Origin: an uncultured delta proteobacterium | GTDB lineage: Bacteria; Myxococcota_A; UBA9160 | Reading direction: 5' to 3' | NCBI GenBank assembly: GCA_963773895.1 | Contig: CAVZDA010000009.1 | Location: forward strand, 2,814,933-2,878,932 | DNA length: 64,000 nt | Part shown: piece after piece, positions 47,207-57,081 of the stretch | How the letters are laid out: the number at the start of each line of letters is the position of its first letter | Position numbering within the stretch: position 1 is the stretch's first letter | The notes under the pieces: model-generated | Seen by the model: only the letters and a program-made list of their open reading frames with translations | The model's database searches: none | What the model was told of the DNA's origin: nothing | Made by a program: the position numbers and the translations under genes

Positions 47207-47464
47207 CTAGCTCTTCTTCGCCTTGGCCGCCTTGGCGGCGTCGCACTCGGCCTGGGTCAGGTTCTTGAAGCCGTGGCCGCCGCAGCCGTTCTTCCCGGCG
47301 CAGCTGTTCGAGGCCGACTTGCAGTCGCTTTGGCCCTTGCACGAGTTCACGCCCTCGCACTTCACCTTCGCGTCCTTGTCCGTATCCGCCGCGAAGGCGC
47401 TGTGCGCCCCCGCGACGAACAGACCTGCGACGGCGGACGCCAAGGCGACGTTCTTCCAGCTCAT
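47207..47464 (-). CDS. Bufferin-like RiPP precursor (DUF2282-like): a small secreted Cys-rich peptide
   Basis: An ATG follows a GGAGGA RBS. The signal peptide is [26 protein letters not shown] 60-aa core with 6 Cys follows ([29 protein letters not shown]...AECD). The NSCAG and KCEG blocks resemble the DUF2282 consensus. It lies immediately upstream of the DUF692/DUF2063 pair. Confidence 0.6.
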   Translation of the reverse strand: MSWKNVALASAVAGLFVAGAHSAFAADTDKDAKVKCEGVNSCKGQSDCKSASNSCAGKNGCGGHGFKNLTQAECDAAKAAKAKKS

Positions 47465-47528
47465 TCGGATCCTCCAATGGCCTCTCGCTGGAGGCCGGCC
47501 ATTTCGATGCCGCTCGCCCGGGGTGGTT

Positions 47529-47860
47529 TCAGCCTGCTCCAGGCCCCGGGTCCGCGCTCCCCTGCCCGACGAGGATGCGCCGGATTGCGGCCGTGCGGTA
47601 GCGGAAGATGCGGTCCAGCTCCCGCTGTACGAGGGGCCGCACGAGCTCACCGAGGGGCGGAAGCGGAAGGGCCCAGCGCACCTCGTCGGCGGGTAGTCGA
47701 TCCGCGCGCCCTCGCGCAGGTCGAGCGGGAGCGGCGTCAGGATGCGGAAGCGCAGCTCGGGCGGCGTGATGCGCTCGAGGTTCGCGGCATCGGCGAAGAA
47801 CGCGAACACGTCCTTGCGCGGCAGCGGCAGCTCGAGCCGCGCGCGGAGCACGTGCTCCAC
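47529..47860 (-). pseudogene. SRPBCC-family (polyketide cyclase/dehydrase-like) gene remnant with an internal deletion and frameshift
   Basis: One frame gives the N-terminal part [56 protein letters not shown]. The C-terminal part [31 protein letters not shown] is in a different frame, and about 50 codons are missing between them. The total length is not a multiple of three. Confidence 0.4.
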
Positions 47861-47868
47861 CTCGCGCC

Positions 47869-49278
47869 TCAGCGGCCGCGCGCACGCGCCCGTGCGGCCT
47901 CGTAGCGGCGGAGCGCGAGGATGCGCCGCTCCGGGTGGCTCACGATCGGCTCCGGATAGGACTTCGGCGGACGTGCGGCCTCCCACGGCGCGTGCACGAA
48001 ACGGTCCTCCACCCCCGCGAGCTCTGGGACGAAGCGGCGCACGAAGGCGCCTTCGGGATCGAACCGGGCGCCCTGCGACACCGGGTTGAAGATCCTGAAG
48101 TAGGGCTGCGCGTCCGTCCCGGTGGACGCCGCCCACTGCCAGCCGCCGTTGTTGCTCGCCGGTTCGCCGTCGACGAGCCGCCGGAAGAAGAAGTCCTCGC
48201 CGAGCCGCCAGTCGAGGAGGAGGTCCTTCGTGAGGAAGCTGGCGACGATCATGCGCAGGCGGTTGTGCATCCAGCCGGTCGTCGCGAGCTGACGCATCGC
48301 CGCGTCGACGATGGGGTAGCCCGTGCGGCCCTCGCGCCACGCCGCGAACCCTTCCGGATCTTCGTTCCACTGGAGCGTCTCGAGCTCGCGCCGATACGGT
48401 GCGCGCTGCACGCGCGGGTGCTCCGCGAGGACGGCGTGATAGAAGTCGCGCCACACGAGCTCGTCGATCCACTTGCGCGCGCCCTCGGCCGCCGACCGGT
48501 CGTCGCGCGCGCAGGCCTGAGCTGCGGCGACGCAGATGCGGACCGAGATCGCGCCGAACCTCAGGTACGGCGAGAGACGCGACGTGCCGTCGACCGCCGG
48601 GACGTCGCGGTCCCGCGCGTATGCCCGGACCGGGCCCGAGAGGAACCGCGCGAGGCGCCCGCGCGCCGCCTCCTCGCCAGCGGGCGGGAGCTCGGTGTCG
48701 TCGCCTCCGAAGCCGAGGGCCTTCGCGTCGGGGAGGCCGTCCGACGGCAGATCCGCGACGGGCGGGGGGAGGCGCGATACGCCGGCCGGCCGCTGCGGCT
48801 CGCTGGCGAGGCGCCGGTGCCACGCGTTGCGGTAGGGCGTGTAGACGGCGTAGGGGCCGCCCGCGGCCGAGCGGACCTCGGTGCTCTCGAAGATCACGTG
48901 GTCGCGGCAGTCGGCGACGCGCCTGCCCGCGCGTTCGAGCGCGGCGCGCACTCGGGCATCGCGCCGCCGTCCGAGCGGCGTGTCGCTGCGGTTCCACGTC
49001 ACGAGGCCCGCATGGGCTTCGGCCGCGAGCTGCGGGATCTCGGCTGCCGGGTCGCCGCGGCGCAGCACGAGCTTCGACCCGCGGCGTGCGAGCGCCTCGT
49101 CGAGCCGGGCGAGGCCGTCGAGCAGGAACCGCACGCGCGGAGCGCCGGTCCGCGGGCTCGCGAGGATCGCGTCGTCGAGCACGAACACGGGGACCAGCGC
49201 GTCCGCGCCGGCCGCCCGGGCGAGCGCGGTGTTGTCCTCGAGGCGCAGGTCGTTGCGGAACCAGTGCAGCGCGCGCAT
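47869..49278 (-). CDS. phr: Deoxyribodipyrimidine photolyase
   Basis: The N-terminal photolyase domain ([13 protein letters not shown]) is present. The FAD-binding domain carries WREFYY-like, GWMHNRLRM and [11 protein letters not shown] motifs. Confidence 0.9.
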   Translation of the reverse strand: MRALHWFRNDLRLEDNTALARAAGADALVPVFVLDDAILASPRTGAPRVRFLLDGLARLDEALARRGSKLVLRRGDPAAEIPQLAAEAHAGLVTWNRSDTPLGRRRDARVRAALERAGRRVADCRDHVIFESTEVRSAAGGPYAVYTPYRNAWHRRLASEPQRPAGVSRLPPPVADLPSDGLPDAKALGFGGDDTELPPAGEEAARGRLARFLSGPVRAYARDRDVPAVDGTSRLSPYLRFGAISVRICVAAAQACARDDRSAAEGARKWIDELVWRDFYHAVLAEHPRVQRAPYRRELETLQWNEDPEGFAAWREGRTGYPIVDAAMRQLATTGWMHNRLRMIVASFLTKDLLLDWRLGEDFFFRRLVDGEPASNNGGWQWAASTGTDAQPYFRIFNPVSQGARFDPEGAFVRRFVPELAGVEDRFVHAPWEAARPPKSYPEPIVSHPERRILALRRYEAARARARGR

Positions 49279-49691
49279 CAGACCGCCGTCGAGCGTCCTT
49301 CCTTCGGAACGGCGCAGGTCCCGTGGGCGCACCCACCTTCGACCGCTCCCTCCCGGCCCGTCCAGCGGAGGCGGTTCCGCGCGAAGGTGCGATAGGCGGC
49401 GTCGAAGATCGGACGGAGGACGGGCCAGCGCGTCGGCGCCACGAGCCAGCCGAGGCCCACCGCGCCGTAGAGGCGCCGGAAGACCTCGACGCCCTCGATC
49501 CGCGCGCCGTCCGGGAGGACGCCGTGGATGCGCGCCATCAGCTCGGCGTGCGCGACGCCGTAGCGGGTCGCGTCGAAGCCGGGCGCCGCGATGTCCTCGA
49601 AGTCGATCCGGCCCCGCCCCCGATCGAGCCGGCGGAGCGTCGCGATCTCGCGCGCGCACAGCGGGCAGTCCCCGTCGTAGAGGACGCGCAC
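49278..49691 (-). CDS. DCC-family thiol-disulfide oxidoreductase (DUF393)
   Basis: The [10 protein letters not shown] motif lies near the N-terminus. The GTG start was chosen because the upstream 49 codons look non-coding. It overlaps the photolyase start. Confidence 0.6.
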   Translation of the reverse strand: MRVLYDGDCPLCAREIATLRRLDRGRGRIDFEDIAAPGFDATRYGVAHAELMARIHGVLPDGARIEGVEVFRRLYGAVGLGWLVAPTRWPVLRPIFDAAYRTFARNRLRWTGREGAVEGGCAHGTCAVPKEGRSTAV

Positions 49692-49759
49692 GAGCCAGGT
49701 CGGGGCGGGCGTCGTCGGCCCCGTTTGCGTGTGGAGGCTCCTTCCGTCCTGCACGGCGT

Positions 49760-50632
49760 TCAGACCGCCGCCGACAGGCTGCGCGAGGCGCCGCGCAAGT
49801 GCTCGGCGAGCCGCTGGAGCTCGCGCATCGAGCGACACCAGGAGGTGGCGCCGAGCTCGCCGACCAGCTCCGGACGCATCCCGCGGCCGCCGAGGATCAG
49901 CGCGGAGCCTGCCTCGCGGACGGCCTCCGCGAGCCGCGCGCGCAGGGCGGCCGGGCTGGCCGCCGAAGGCGGGATCGAGAGCGAGAGCGCCACGAGAGCG
50001 GGAGCGTCGCGCTCCACCGCGTTCCCGAGCGAGTCGAGCGGGGTGTCCGCGCCGAAGTTCACGGCGCGATAGCCGACCTCGCAGAGCGTCAGCTCGGCGC
50101 AGAGGCCGGCGAGCACGTACGGGTCGCCGGACAGTCCCGCCACGAACGCGAGCGGCCGGTCCGAGCCGGGTCCGTAGGTGCGGAGCAGCGCGTGCAGCGC
50201 GCGGATCGCGATCGCGGTCGCGGAGTGCTCGCGCGTCACCGGGATCTCACCGGCCTCCCACCCGTGCCCGATGGACTCCATCGCGGGAGCGATCCAATCG
50301 TCGGCGAGCTCCGCAGCGCTCATCCCTCCGGCGTAGACCCGCTCGAGCAGCGAAATCGCCGCGTGCGGCCGTCCCTGAGCCAGCAGGTCGCGCAGGGCCG
50401 CGGGCGTCGCTTCGCCGCCGAGGAGGAGCCCGAGGGCGATCGGGTCGACCAGGGTCAGGCCCGCCTCCCGGACGTACCCGAGGGCCGCGTGCAGCGGGAT
50501 GCGGCGATGCCCGCCCGGGGTCTTCCGGGCCGGAACCCGACCCTGGTCGATCCACCGCTTCACGGTCGACTCCCCGAGCCCGAGAGCGCGCGCGAGCTGG
50601 AGCGGCGAGACGTACTTCTCCGAGTCGGTCAA
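49760..50632 (-). CDS. HTH (excisionase/MerR-like) transcriptional regulator with a C-terminal B12-binding-like Rossmann domain (CarH/LitR-like)
   Basis: The N-terminal HTH is [21 protein letters not shown]. The C-terminal domain has B12-binding-domain topology ([21 protein letters not shown]...LVALSLSI...LILGG). DPY replaces the canonical DxHxxG His ligand. Confidence 0.5.
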   Translation of the reverse strand: MTDSEKYVSPLQLARALGLGESTVKRWIDQGRVPARKTPGGHRRIPLHAALGYVREAGLTLVDPIALGLLLGGEATPAALRDLLAQGRPHAAISLLERVYAGGMSAAELADDWIAPAMESIGHGWEAGEIPVTREHSATAIAIRALHALLRTYGPGSDRPLAFVAGLSGDPYVLAGLCAELTLCEVGYRAVNFGADTPLDSLGNAVERDAPALVALSLSIPPSAASPAALRARLAEAVREAGSALILGGRGMRPELVGELGATSWCRSMRELQRLAEHLRGASRSLSAAV

Positions 50633-50740
50633 AAGAGCCCTTGCCTCCGAGGAACGAACCGGACCTTAGGGGGTGATCTGAAATCGTCAAGAATTTCGGC
50701 GAGATCACGCCAGCGCTCTCGGCCTCCTCCATACCGTCAG

Positions 50741-50793
50741 TTGACACCGCCGCGGAATCCGGGATGATTGTGAACGTTTTGAACGATTAATCG
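50741..50793 (+). promoter_or_regulatory. Divergent promoter/operator region: a -35-like TTGACA plus TGAACG direct repeats and a CGATTAATCG palindrome
   Basis: This is an unusually AT-rich intergenic stretch between the regulator at 49760..50632 and the sigma-factor gene. A perfect 10-bp palindrome lies at 50784..50793. Confidence 0.3.
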
Positions 50794-50813
50794 AATCGAG
50801 GGGACTCCAGAAG

Positions 50814-52241
50814 ATGAGCGACGACCCCCAACACGATGCCGCCTCGAGCCCGACCGATGAGTTCGCTCCTCGCCGCCCGGACGCGGGCCTCGGCCTCGAC
50901 TCGGCGGCGCTGCTGCGCCGCTACCTGCGCGAGATCGCGCCGCTGCCCACGTTGACGCGCGACCAGGAGGGAGCGCTCGCGCGCGCGCTCGAGCGCGAGA
51001 CGGCGGCGTGGGCCGCGGCGGTGCGCGCGATTCCGTTCGCTGCGCGGTTCGTGGTGGAGCGGTGGCGCAGGATCCGCGACGAGGCGCGGGTGACGGCCAC
51101 GCTCTCCGCGCTCCACCGCGACGGGAGCGGGCAGGACTACAGCGGGCGGATCGACGCGGCCCTCGCGCGGGTCGAGCGCGCACTCCGGCGATTCGACGCC
51201 GCGGCCGCCGGGACCGGGGCCGCCCCGGCTGGACCTCGGCTGCTGGCGCTTCGCCGGTCGCTCGCCCGCTCGCTCGCCGCGGCGGACGTGTCGCTCGAGA
51301 TCGCGCGCGAGGCGCACGTCGAGCTCTGCCGCCGGGTCGCGGAGCTGGAGGGCGCGCGCGCGTCCGCACTGCGCGCCGCCCTCGAGCGCGAGGCGGGCCT
51401 TTCCGTCCGCGAGCTGAGGCCGGCGGTGCGCGAGCTGGACGCGCTCCACGCGGCGCTATCGCGCACCAAGAACACGTTCGTGCGTCACAACCTGAAGCTC
51501 GTCGTCGCCGTGGCCAAGGACTTCCGCGGCATGGGCATCTCGTTCCTCGACCTGATCCAGGAGGGGAACCTCGGCCTCATCCGCGCGGTGGAGAAGTTCG
51601 ATCATCGCCGTGGCTTCAAGTTCTCCACCTACGCAGTCTGGTGGATCCGTCAGTCGTTCATCCGGGTGGTGCAGAACCACTCGCGGACCGTGCGGCTCCC
51701 CTCCCACGTCTACGACCTCATGCTCCGCTACGAGCGCGCGAACCGGAGCCTCGCCCGCAGGTTCGGCCGCGATCCGTCGCCGACCGAGCTGCGCGAGGCG
51801 CTCGGGATCGACTCCGAGGAGATGGACCTGCTGCTCGAGGTCCGGCAGAAGACGATCTCGATGGAGGCACTGGTGCCCGGCACGGAGTCGAAGCGCGTGA
51901 AGGACGCGTTGCCCGACCCGCGCGCCGACCGCCCGGGCCTCGCCCTCGATGGAGTGAAGCTGCAGCGGGAGCTGGAGGCGCTCCTCGGGGGGCTCGACAC
52001 GCGGGAGCAGAAGGTCCTCATCTGGCGCTTCGGGCTGCGCGGCGAGGAGGACCACACCCTCCAGGAGATCGGCGAGAAGCTCGGGATCTCCCGGGAGCGC
52101 GTCCGCCAGATCGAGGCCGGCGCGCTCTCGAAGCTGCGCCCCACGGTCGCCCAGCTCGGGCTCCGCACGCTGGTCGAGGCGCCGGACCACGAGCCGGGCG
52201 TCACCGGGACGCGTTACGCGGCCACGGCAGGGCACGCGTGA
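50814..52241 (+). CDS. RNA polymerase sigma-70 family factor (RpoD-like, regions 1.2 to 4)
   Basis: Region 2 reads [40 protein letters not shown]. Regions 3 and 4 are present, with the 4.2 HTH ([20 protein letters not shown]). Confidence 0.85.
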   Translation: MSDDPQHDAASSPTDEFAPRRPDAGLGLDSAALLRRYLREIAPLPTLTRDQEGALARALERETAAWAAAVRAIPFAARFVVERWRRIRDEARVTATLSALHRDGSGQDYSGRIDAALARVERALRRFDAAAAGTGAAPAGPRLLALRRSLARSLAAADVSLEIAREAHVELCRRVAELEGARASALRAALEREAGLSVRELRPAVRELDALHAALSRTKNTFVRHNLKLVVAVAKDFRGMGISFLDLIQEGNLGLIRAVEKFDHRRGFKFSTYAVWWIRQSFIRVVQNHSRTVRLPSHVYDLMLRYERANRSLARRFGRDPSPTELREALGIDSEEMDLLLEVRQKTISMEALVPGTESKRVKDALPDPRADRPGLALDGVKLQRELEALLGGLDTREQKVLIWRFGLRGEEDHTLQEIGEKLGISRERVRQIEAGALSKLRPTVAQLGLRTLVEAPDHEPGVTGTRYAATAGHA

Positions 52242-52273
52242 GCGCCCCCGGCCGGTCGGACGGTTCACTGGCT

Positions 52274-53338
52274 ATGCTGGAGGGCGTGAGCGTGCCCCGG
52301 AGGTTGCCGGCGGAGCGCGCGGCCACGTGGGGCCGCCGCGTGCTGACCATCTCCGGTGTGACGCTCGCCTGGCTCGCCGTGCTCGGCTCGCTCCCCATGC
52401 TGCTTCCGCTGGCGGCGCTCCACGACGTCCTGCGACGCACGCGCTTCACCGCGTCGCGCGTGGCGCTGTTCGTCGCGCTCTTCCTCACTTGCGAGGCGGT
52501 CGGCCTCGCCGCCGCGAGCTTCCTCTTCCTGTACGAAGCGCTCGCGCGCCCCGTGGGCCGCGCGCGCGCCCGCGCGGACGATCGCTTCCATGCGCTCGAG
52601 CGGCGCTGGGCGGAGGCGATCTTCCGGGGCGCGCAGGCGATCTTCGGCTTCCGCGTCGTCCTGGAGCCGGGCAGCGACACGGGCCTCGGCCCGATGCTCG
52701 CGTTCGTGAGGCACGCGAGCATGGGCGACACCCTGCTCCCGGTGGTGCTGCTGACGCCGCGCGGTCTGCGACTCCGGTACGTGCTCAAGCACGAGCTCCG
52801 TTTCGACCCGTGCATGGACGTCGTGGGGCATCGGCTTCCCAACACGTTCGTGCGTCGGGGCTCGGGGGACGCTCCGCGCGAGATCGCGGACATCGCACGC
52901 CTCGCCGAGGGGCTGGGTCCGCGTGACGCCGTCGTGATCTACCCGGAGGGAACGCGGTTCACGCAGGCCAAGCGCGAGCGCGTCCTCGCCAAGCTCGAGG
53001 CGGCGGGCGACCCGGAGGCGGCTGCGCGCGCCCGCCGCCTGTCCAACGTCCTCCCGCCGCACCTCGGCGGTCCCCTCGGCCTGCTGGAGCGGAGCACGGC
53101 GGCGGACGTCGTGTTCCTGGCGCATGCGGGCTTCGAGGGCATCGCGACGTTCTGGGACCTCTGGGCCGGGGCGCTCGTGGGCGCGACGATCCGGGTCGGG
53201 ATGTGGCGCGTGCCGTTCGCGGAGATCCCCAAGGACCGGGAGGGCCGCATCGAGTGGCTCCACGCGAACTGGCGCCGGATGGACGCCTGGGTGGGCGCGC
53301 AGCATGCGGACCCGAAGGTCGGATGGCAGCCTTCCTGA
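52274..53338 (+). CDS. Lysophospholipid acyltransferase-like protein (PlsC/LPLAT family)
   Basis: The N-terminus has TM helices. HxxxxD (FVRHASMGDTLL) and IYPEGTR motifs are present. An alternative GTG start at 52238 is possible. Confidence 0.65.
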   Translation: MLEGVSVPRRLPAERAATWGRRVLTISGVTLAWLAVLGSLPMLLPLAALHDVLRRTRFTASRVALFVALFLTCEAVGLAAASFLFLYEALARPVGRARARADDRFHALERRWAEAIFRGAQAIFGFRVVLEPGSDTGLGPMLAFVRHASMGDTLLPVVLLTPRGLRLRYVLKHELRFDPCMDVVGHRLPNTFVRRGSGDAPREIADIARLAEGLGPRDAVVIYPEGTRFTQAKRERVLAKLEAAGDPEAAARARRLSNVLPPHLGGPLGLLERSTAADVVFLAHAGFEGIATFWDLWAGALVGATIRVGMWRVPFAEIPKDREGRIEWLHANWRRMDAWVGAQHADPKVGWQPS

Positions 53339-54114
53339 ACGTCCTGCCCGTCACGGCCGCGGCGCTCGTCGCCGGCTTCCTCGTGGTCTGGGCGATCTCG
53401 GTGGCGAGGCGAGACGCCAGCATCGTCGACATCCTGTGGGGTCTCGGCTTCGTCCTCGTCGCCGGCGCGGCCTTCGCGGCGGGCGGGCCCTCTACGCCGC
53501 GCGCCCGGCTCGCGCTGCTGCTCACCGGGCTCTGGGGCGTGCGTCTCGCCGGCTATCTCGCCTGGCGCAACCACGGCCAGGGCGAGGACTTCCGCTATCG
53601 CGCGATGCGCAAGCGTCACGGCGACCGGTTTCCAGTCGTGAGTCTCTACAGCGTGTTCGGGCTCCAGGCCGCGCTGTGCTGGCTGATCTCCTGGCCCGTC
53701 CAGGCCGCGATCGCGTCCCCCGGTCCGGCTGCTTGGACCGCGCTCGACGGGGTCGGCGTTGCGCTCTTCGTCGTGGGCTTCGTCTTCGAGAGCGTGGGTG
53801 ACCTGCAGCTCGCGCGCTTCAAGGCCGATCCCGCAAATCGCGGCCGCGTGATGGACCGGGGGCTCTGGGCGTGGACGCGCCATCCGAACTACTTCGGCGA
53901 CGCCGTCGTCTGGTGGGGGCTCTTCGCGCTCGCACTCTCGACGCCGGCGGGCTGGATCACGCTGCCCGCCCCGGCGCTGATGACCTTCCTGCTGCTCCGG
54001 GTATCCGGGGTGGCGCTCCTCGAGCGCTCGCTCCGGAAGACGCGACCGGGGTACGCGGACTACGTGGCGCGCACGAGCGCGTTCGTGCCGCTCCCGCCGC
54101 GCCGCCGGAGCTGA
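53323..54114 (+). CDS. DUF1295-family membrane protein (steroid 5-alpha-reductase / ICMT-like fold)
   Basis: It is polytopic and carries GLWAWTRHPNYFGD, the conserved C-terminal motif of the family. Confidence 0.6.
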   Translation: MAAFLNVLPVTAAALVAGFLVVWAISVARRDASIVDILWGLGFVLVAGAAFAAGGPSTPRARLALLLTGLWGVRLAGYLAWRNHGQGEDFRYRAMRKRHGDRFPVVSLYSVFGLQAALCWLISWPVQAAIASPGPAAWTALDGVGVALFVVGFVFESVGDLQLARFKADPANRGRVMDRGLWAWTRHPNYFGDAVVWWGLFALALSTPAGWITLPAPALMTFLLLRVSGVALLERSLRKTRPGYADYVARTSAFVPLPPRRRS

Positions 54115-54139
54115 AGGCCTTCGCTCGGGTGCCGGGGGC

Positions 54140-54634
54140 TCAGCCGTCGAACAGCTCTTCGAGCGCGGGCCAGTCGATCGCGCTCTGCGCGGCGAACGCG
54201 CGGAGGAGAAGCTCGCGATCGGAGGCGTCCTCGCCCTTCCGGAAGGTCGCCACGGCCTTCGCGAGCACGTCCGCCGGAGGCGACGCCGGCGCGTCCCCCT
54301 TCAATGCGCCGTCTTCGTGCTCGAGCCCGATGATGTCGAGCCACTCGATCAGGAGCGGCTTCTTGCACTGGAGGAAGTAGACGGCGAGCAGCTCCTCGGC
54401 GAGGTCGCTCGCCGCCACGCGGGACAGCGTGCGGCGCACGGCGTCGGCGCGCTTCTCGAACGGCTGGCGCATCAGGAAGACGGGCCGCGCGCGGAGGGCC
54501 GCGCTCGCGATCGCCACGGCCTGCACGAAGGCGCCCGGCGACGCGTCGGCGATCGCCTTCAGCACCTCGCGCGCCCGCTCGGGCGGAAGCGATGCGAACA
54601 CCTGGTACGAACGCATGGCGCCGTTGTCTAGCAC
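54140..54634 (-). CDS. Hypothetical protein
   Basis: A 164-aa ORF with coding-like composition. No recognisable motif was found. Confidence 0.4.
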   Translation of the reverse strand: MLDNGAMRSYQVFASLPPERAREVLKAIADASPGAFVQAVAIASAALRARPVFLMRQPFEKRADAVRRTLSRVAASDLAEELLAVYFLQCKKPLLIEWLDIIGLEHEDGALKGDAPASPPADVLAKAVATFRKGEDASDRELLLRAFAAQSAIDWPALEELFDG

Positions 54635-54656
54635 GGCGCCGCGGGTCCGTCGCGGT

Positions 54657-55964
54657 CTACGACCGCGGGTCCGTCGCGATCCACGACCGCGATTGCTCGT
54701 GCTCGCCCCCGGGCCGGCCGAACGGCGGCGGGGACGTCACGACGGCGCGCAGGCCGCGGTCGTAGGTGAAGAAGTTCCAAGCCCAGTTCAGCAGGACGGA
54801 CGCCCGGTTGCGGAATCCGACGAGGAAGACGATGTGGACGAGCAGCCACGCCCACCACGCCAGCCGGCCGGAGAGCTGGAGCCCGACGACGTGGGCCACC
54901 GCGCGGTTGCGGCCGATCGTCGCCATCGAGCCGCGATCGTGATAGCGGAAGGGGAACGGCGGGTGCCCCCGCAGCCGGCGGAGCACGTTCGTGGCGGCCG
55001 TCTCGCCCTGCTGCATGGCGACCGGCGCCACCTGCGGAAGCGTCTCCGCACCCTCCACGAGGGCGAGGTCGCCGATCACATACACATCTGGGTGTGTGGC
55101 GACCTCGAGCGTGGCCGCGACCGGGATCCGGCCCGCGCGCCCCGCCGCCAGGCCGAGCCATTCCCCGAGCCGCTCGCCCCGCACGCCCGCCGCCCACACC
55201 ACGGTGCGGGCGGGAATGTGCTCGCCGCCCCGCAGCCACACGCCCTCCGCGCCGACGCGCTCGACCTGCGCGGAGAACCGGACCTCGACACCCAGCTCGG
55301 TCACCTGTTCGAGCGCGCGCTTGCGCAGCCGCTCGGGCATGCCGCCGAGGAGCGCATCCCGCCCCTCGAGCAACAGGACGCGAATCTCCGGTGCGAGCCC
55401 GGGGAAGTCGTGGGGCGCGACGTGGCGCTTCAGCTCGGCGAGCGCGCCCGCCAGCTCGACGCCGGTCGGGCCGCCGCCCACGACGACGAAGCCCAGCAGC
55501 TCGCGCCTGCGCTCGGGATCGTCGGTCGCATCGGCGAGCTCGAGACAGGAGAGGGCGCGGTTGCGCACGGCGAGCGCGTCCTCGAGGTCGTGCAAGCCGA
55601 GCGCGTACCGGTCGACGCTCTCGTTGCCCCACGTCTCGGTGCGGCTCCCACCTGCGAGGATCAGGTGGTCGAACGGGACGCGCGCGCCGTCGTCGAGCTC
55701 GACGAAGCGGGCGGCGAAGTCGGCACCGCGCACCTCCCCGAGCCGGAACCTCGCGTTCGGAACGCGCCGAAGGATCGAGCGCACGGCGTGCGCGACGTCC
55801 TGGGACGTGAGCCCCGACGTCGCGACCTGGTAGAGCAGCGGGAGGAACGCATGGTAGTTGTGACGGTCGATCAGGGTGACGTCGACGGGCGCACGCCGCA
55901 GGGTCCGCGCGGCCGCCAGGCCGCCGAATCCCGCTCCGACGATCACGACGTGCGGGCGGGTCAC
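54657..55964 (-). CDS. ndh: Type II NADH dehydrogenase (NDH-2)
   Basis: VVIVGAGFGGLAAA (FAD) and a second GGGPTGVELAGAL (NADH) Rossmann motif are present, with a C-terminal membrane-anchoring amphipathic region. The GTG start overlaps the ctaA stop. Confidence 0.8.
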   Translation of the reverse strand: MTRPHVVIVGAGFGGLAAARTLRRAPVDVTLIDRHNYHAFLPLLYQVATSGLTSQDVAHAVRSILRRVPNARFRLGEVRGADFAARFVELDDGARVPFDHLILAGGSRTETWGNESVDRYALGLHDLEDALAVRNRALSCLELADATDDPERRRELLGFVVVGGGPTGVELAGALAELKRHVAPHDFPGLAPEIRVLLLEGRDALLGGMPERLRKRALEQVTELGVEVRFSAQVERVGAEGVWLRGGEHIPARTVVWAAGVRGERLGEWLGLAAGRAGRIPVAATLEVATHPDVYVIGDLALVEGAETLPQVAPVAMQQGETAATNVLRRLRGHPPFPFRYHDRGSMATIGRNRAVAHVVGLQLSGRLAWWAWLLVHIVFLVGFRNRASVLLNWAWNFFTYDRGLRAVVTSPPPFGRPGGEHEQSRSWIATDPRS

Positions 55965-56944
55965 CGCTCGGGGGCCGCCCGCGTGAGCGCGCGGCTCGCG
56001 TGGCCCTCCGCGGTCGCAGCGACGGGGGCGAGCACGGTCTCGCGTACGACGAGCGTCCAGAGCAGCACGAGCCCGGCCGCCGCCGCGGAGTGCAGCGCGG
56101 TGACCTCGACGGGAAGGCGCAGCAGGACGTTCGCCACGCCGAGCGCGAGCTGCGCGAGCCCGAGCGCCACCGCGAAGGCGGCGAGCTTCGCGATCCGCGG
56201 TGCGCCGCGCGCGAGCGCGGCGCACGCCGCCAGCGCCGCGAAGAGGGCATAGGCGTTCGTGCGGTGCGCGAGCTGCAGGCCGAACGCGCCGTCCCAGGAT
56301 GGGTAGAAGACGCCCCCTTCGCAGGCCGGCCAGTCGGGGCAGACGAGACCTGCGTAGTGGGAGGACACGAGGCCGCCGAGCGCGACCTGGAGCACGAGCA
56401 GCGCCGCCGCCGTCAGCACGCCCCAGCGGACGCGGCGGGCGATCGGCGCCCGCGCGGGCGGTGTCGCGGCTTCGGCGAGGCGTCGCGCGGTCACCAGGAC
56501 GGCGGCGGCGAATGCGTTGCCGGTGAGGAGGTGCGCGGTGACCGTCCACGCTGCGAGGAGGTGGAGCACCGTGAGCCCGCCGAGCACGACCTGCGTGGCG
56601 AGCAGCGCCGCGGCCAGCGCGAGCCAGCGGCCGACGAGGGAGCGCGTCGCGGGATCCCGCAGCGTGGCGGCCGCGAGCACCGCGAACACGACCGAGACCG
56701 AGCCCGCCAGGAGCCGGTGACCCCATTCGAAGGCGACGTGGAAGTCGAACCGCGGCACCAGCTCGCCGAAGCAGAGCGGCCAGTCGGGGCACGCGAGGCC
56801 GGCGCCGTGCGCGCGCACGAGCGCGCCGAGCACGATGAGGCCGAACGTCAGCGCCGCGAGGGCGGCGTAGCCCCGGGCCAGGAGGTGCAGGCGATGCAGC
56901 GCGCGGCCGTCCGTCCGTCCGTCCGTTGCCTGCTCCGCGCGCAC
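55961..56944 (-). CDS. ctaA: Heme A synthase (COX15/CtaA)
   Basis: GAGLACPDWPLCFG and a second GLVCPDWPAC Cys pair are present. His residues sit in the TM helices. There are eight predicted TM segments. Confidence 0.8.
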   Translation of the reverse strand: MRAEQATDGRTDGRALHRLHLLARGYAALAALTFGLIVLGALVRAHGAGLACPDWPLCFGELVPRFDFHVAFEWGHRLLAGSVSVVFAVLAAATLRDPATRSLVGRWLALAAALLATQVVLGGLTVLHLLAAWTVTAHLLTGNAFAAAVLVTARRLAEAATPPARAPIARRVRWGVLTAAALLVLQVALGGLVSSHYAGLVCPDWPACEGGVFYPSWDGAFGLQLAHRTNAYALFAALAACAALARGAPRIAKLAAFAVALGLAQLALGVANVLLRLPVEVTALHSAAAAGLVLLWTLVVRETVLAPVAATAEGHASRALTRAAPER

Positions 56945-57081
56945 GCGAGAACGGTAGGAGACGCGCCGAGGGGGCGCTCGCTCGCCACCCCGCGGCCCGT
57001 TACGCTTTGGTGCGAGCGAGCGGCGCGACCGGCGTGGCGCTTGCGCTACAGCCCGGCCCGCGACGCGACGATAGGTGGGGC

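Noticed and set aside
47207-47860. Continuous open frame from the SRPBCC N-terminus through to the bufferin precursor, which could be read as one 218-aa fusion
   Set aside because: The precursor has its own strong RBS and an N-terminal Sec signal, which must be N-terminal. The linker is low-complexity. It is interpreted instead as a gene remnant plus an independent small gene.
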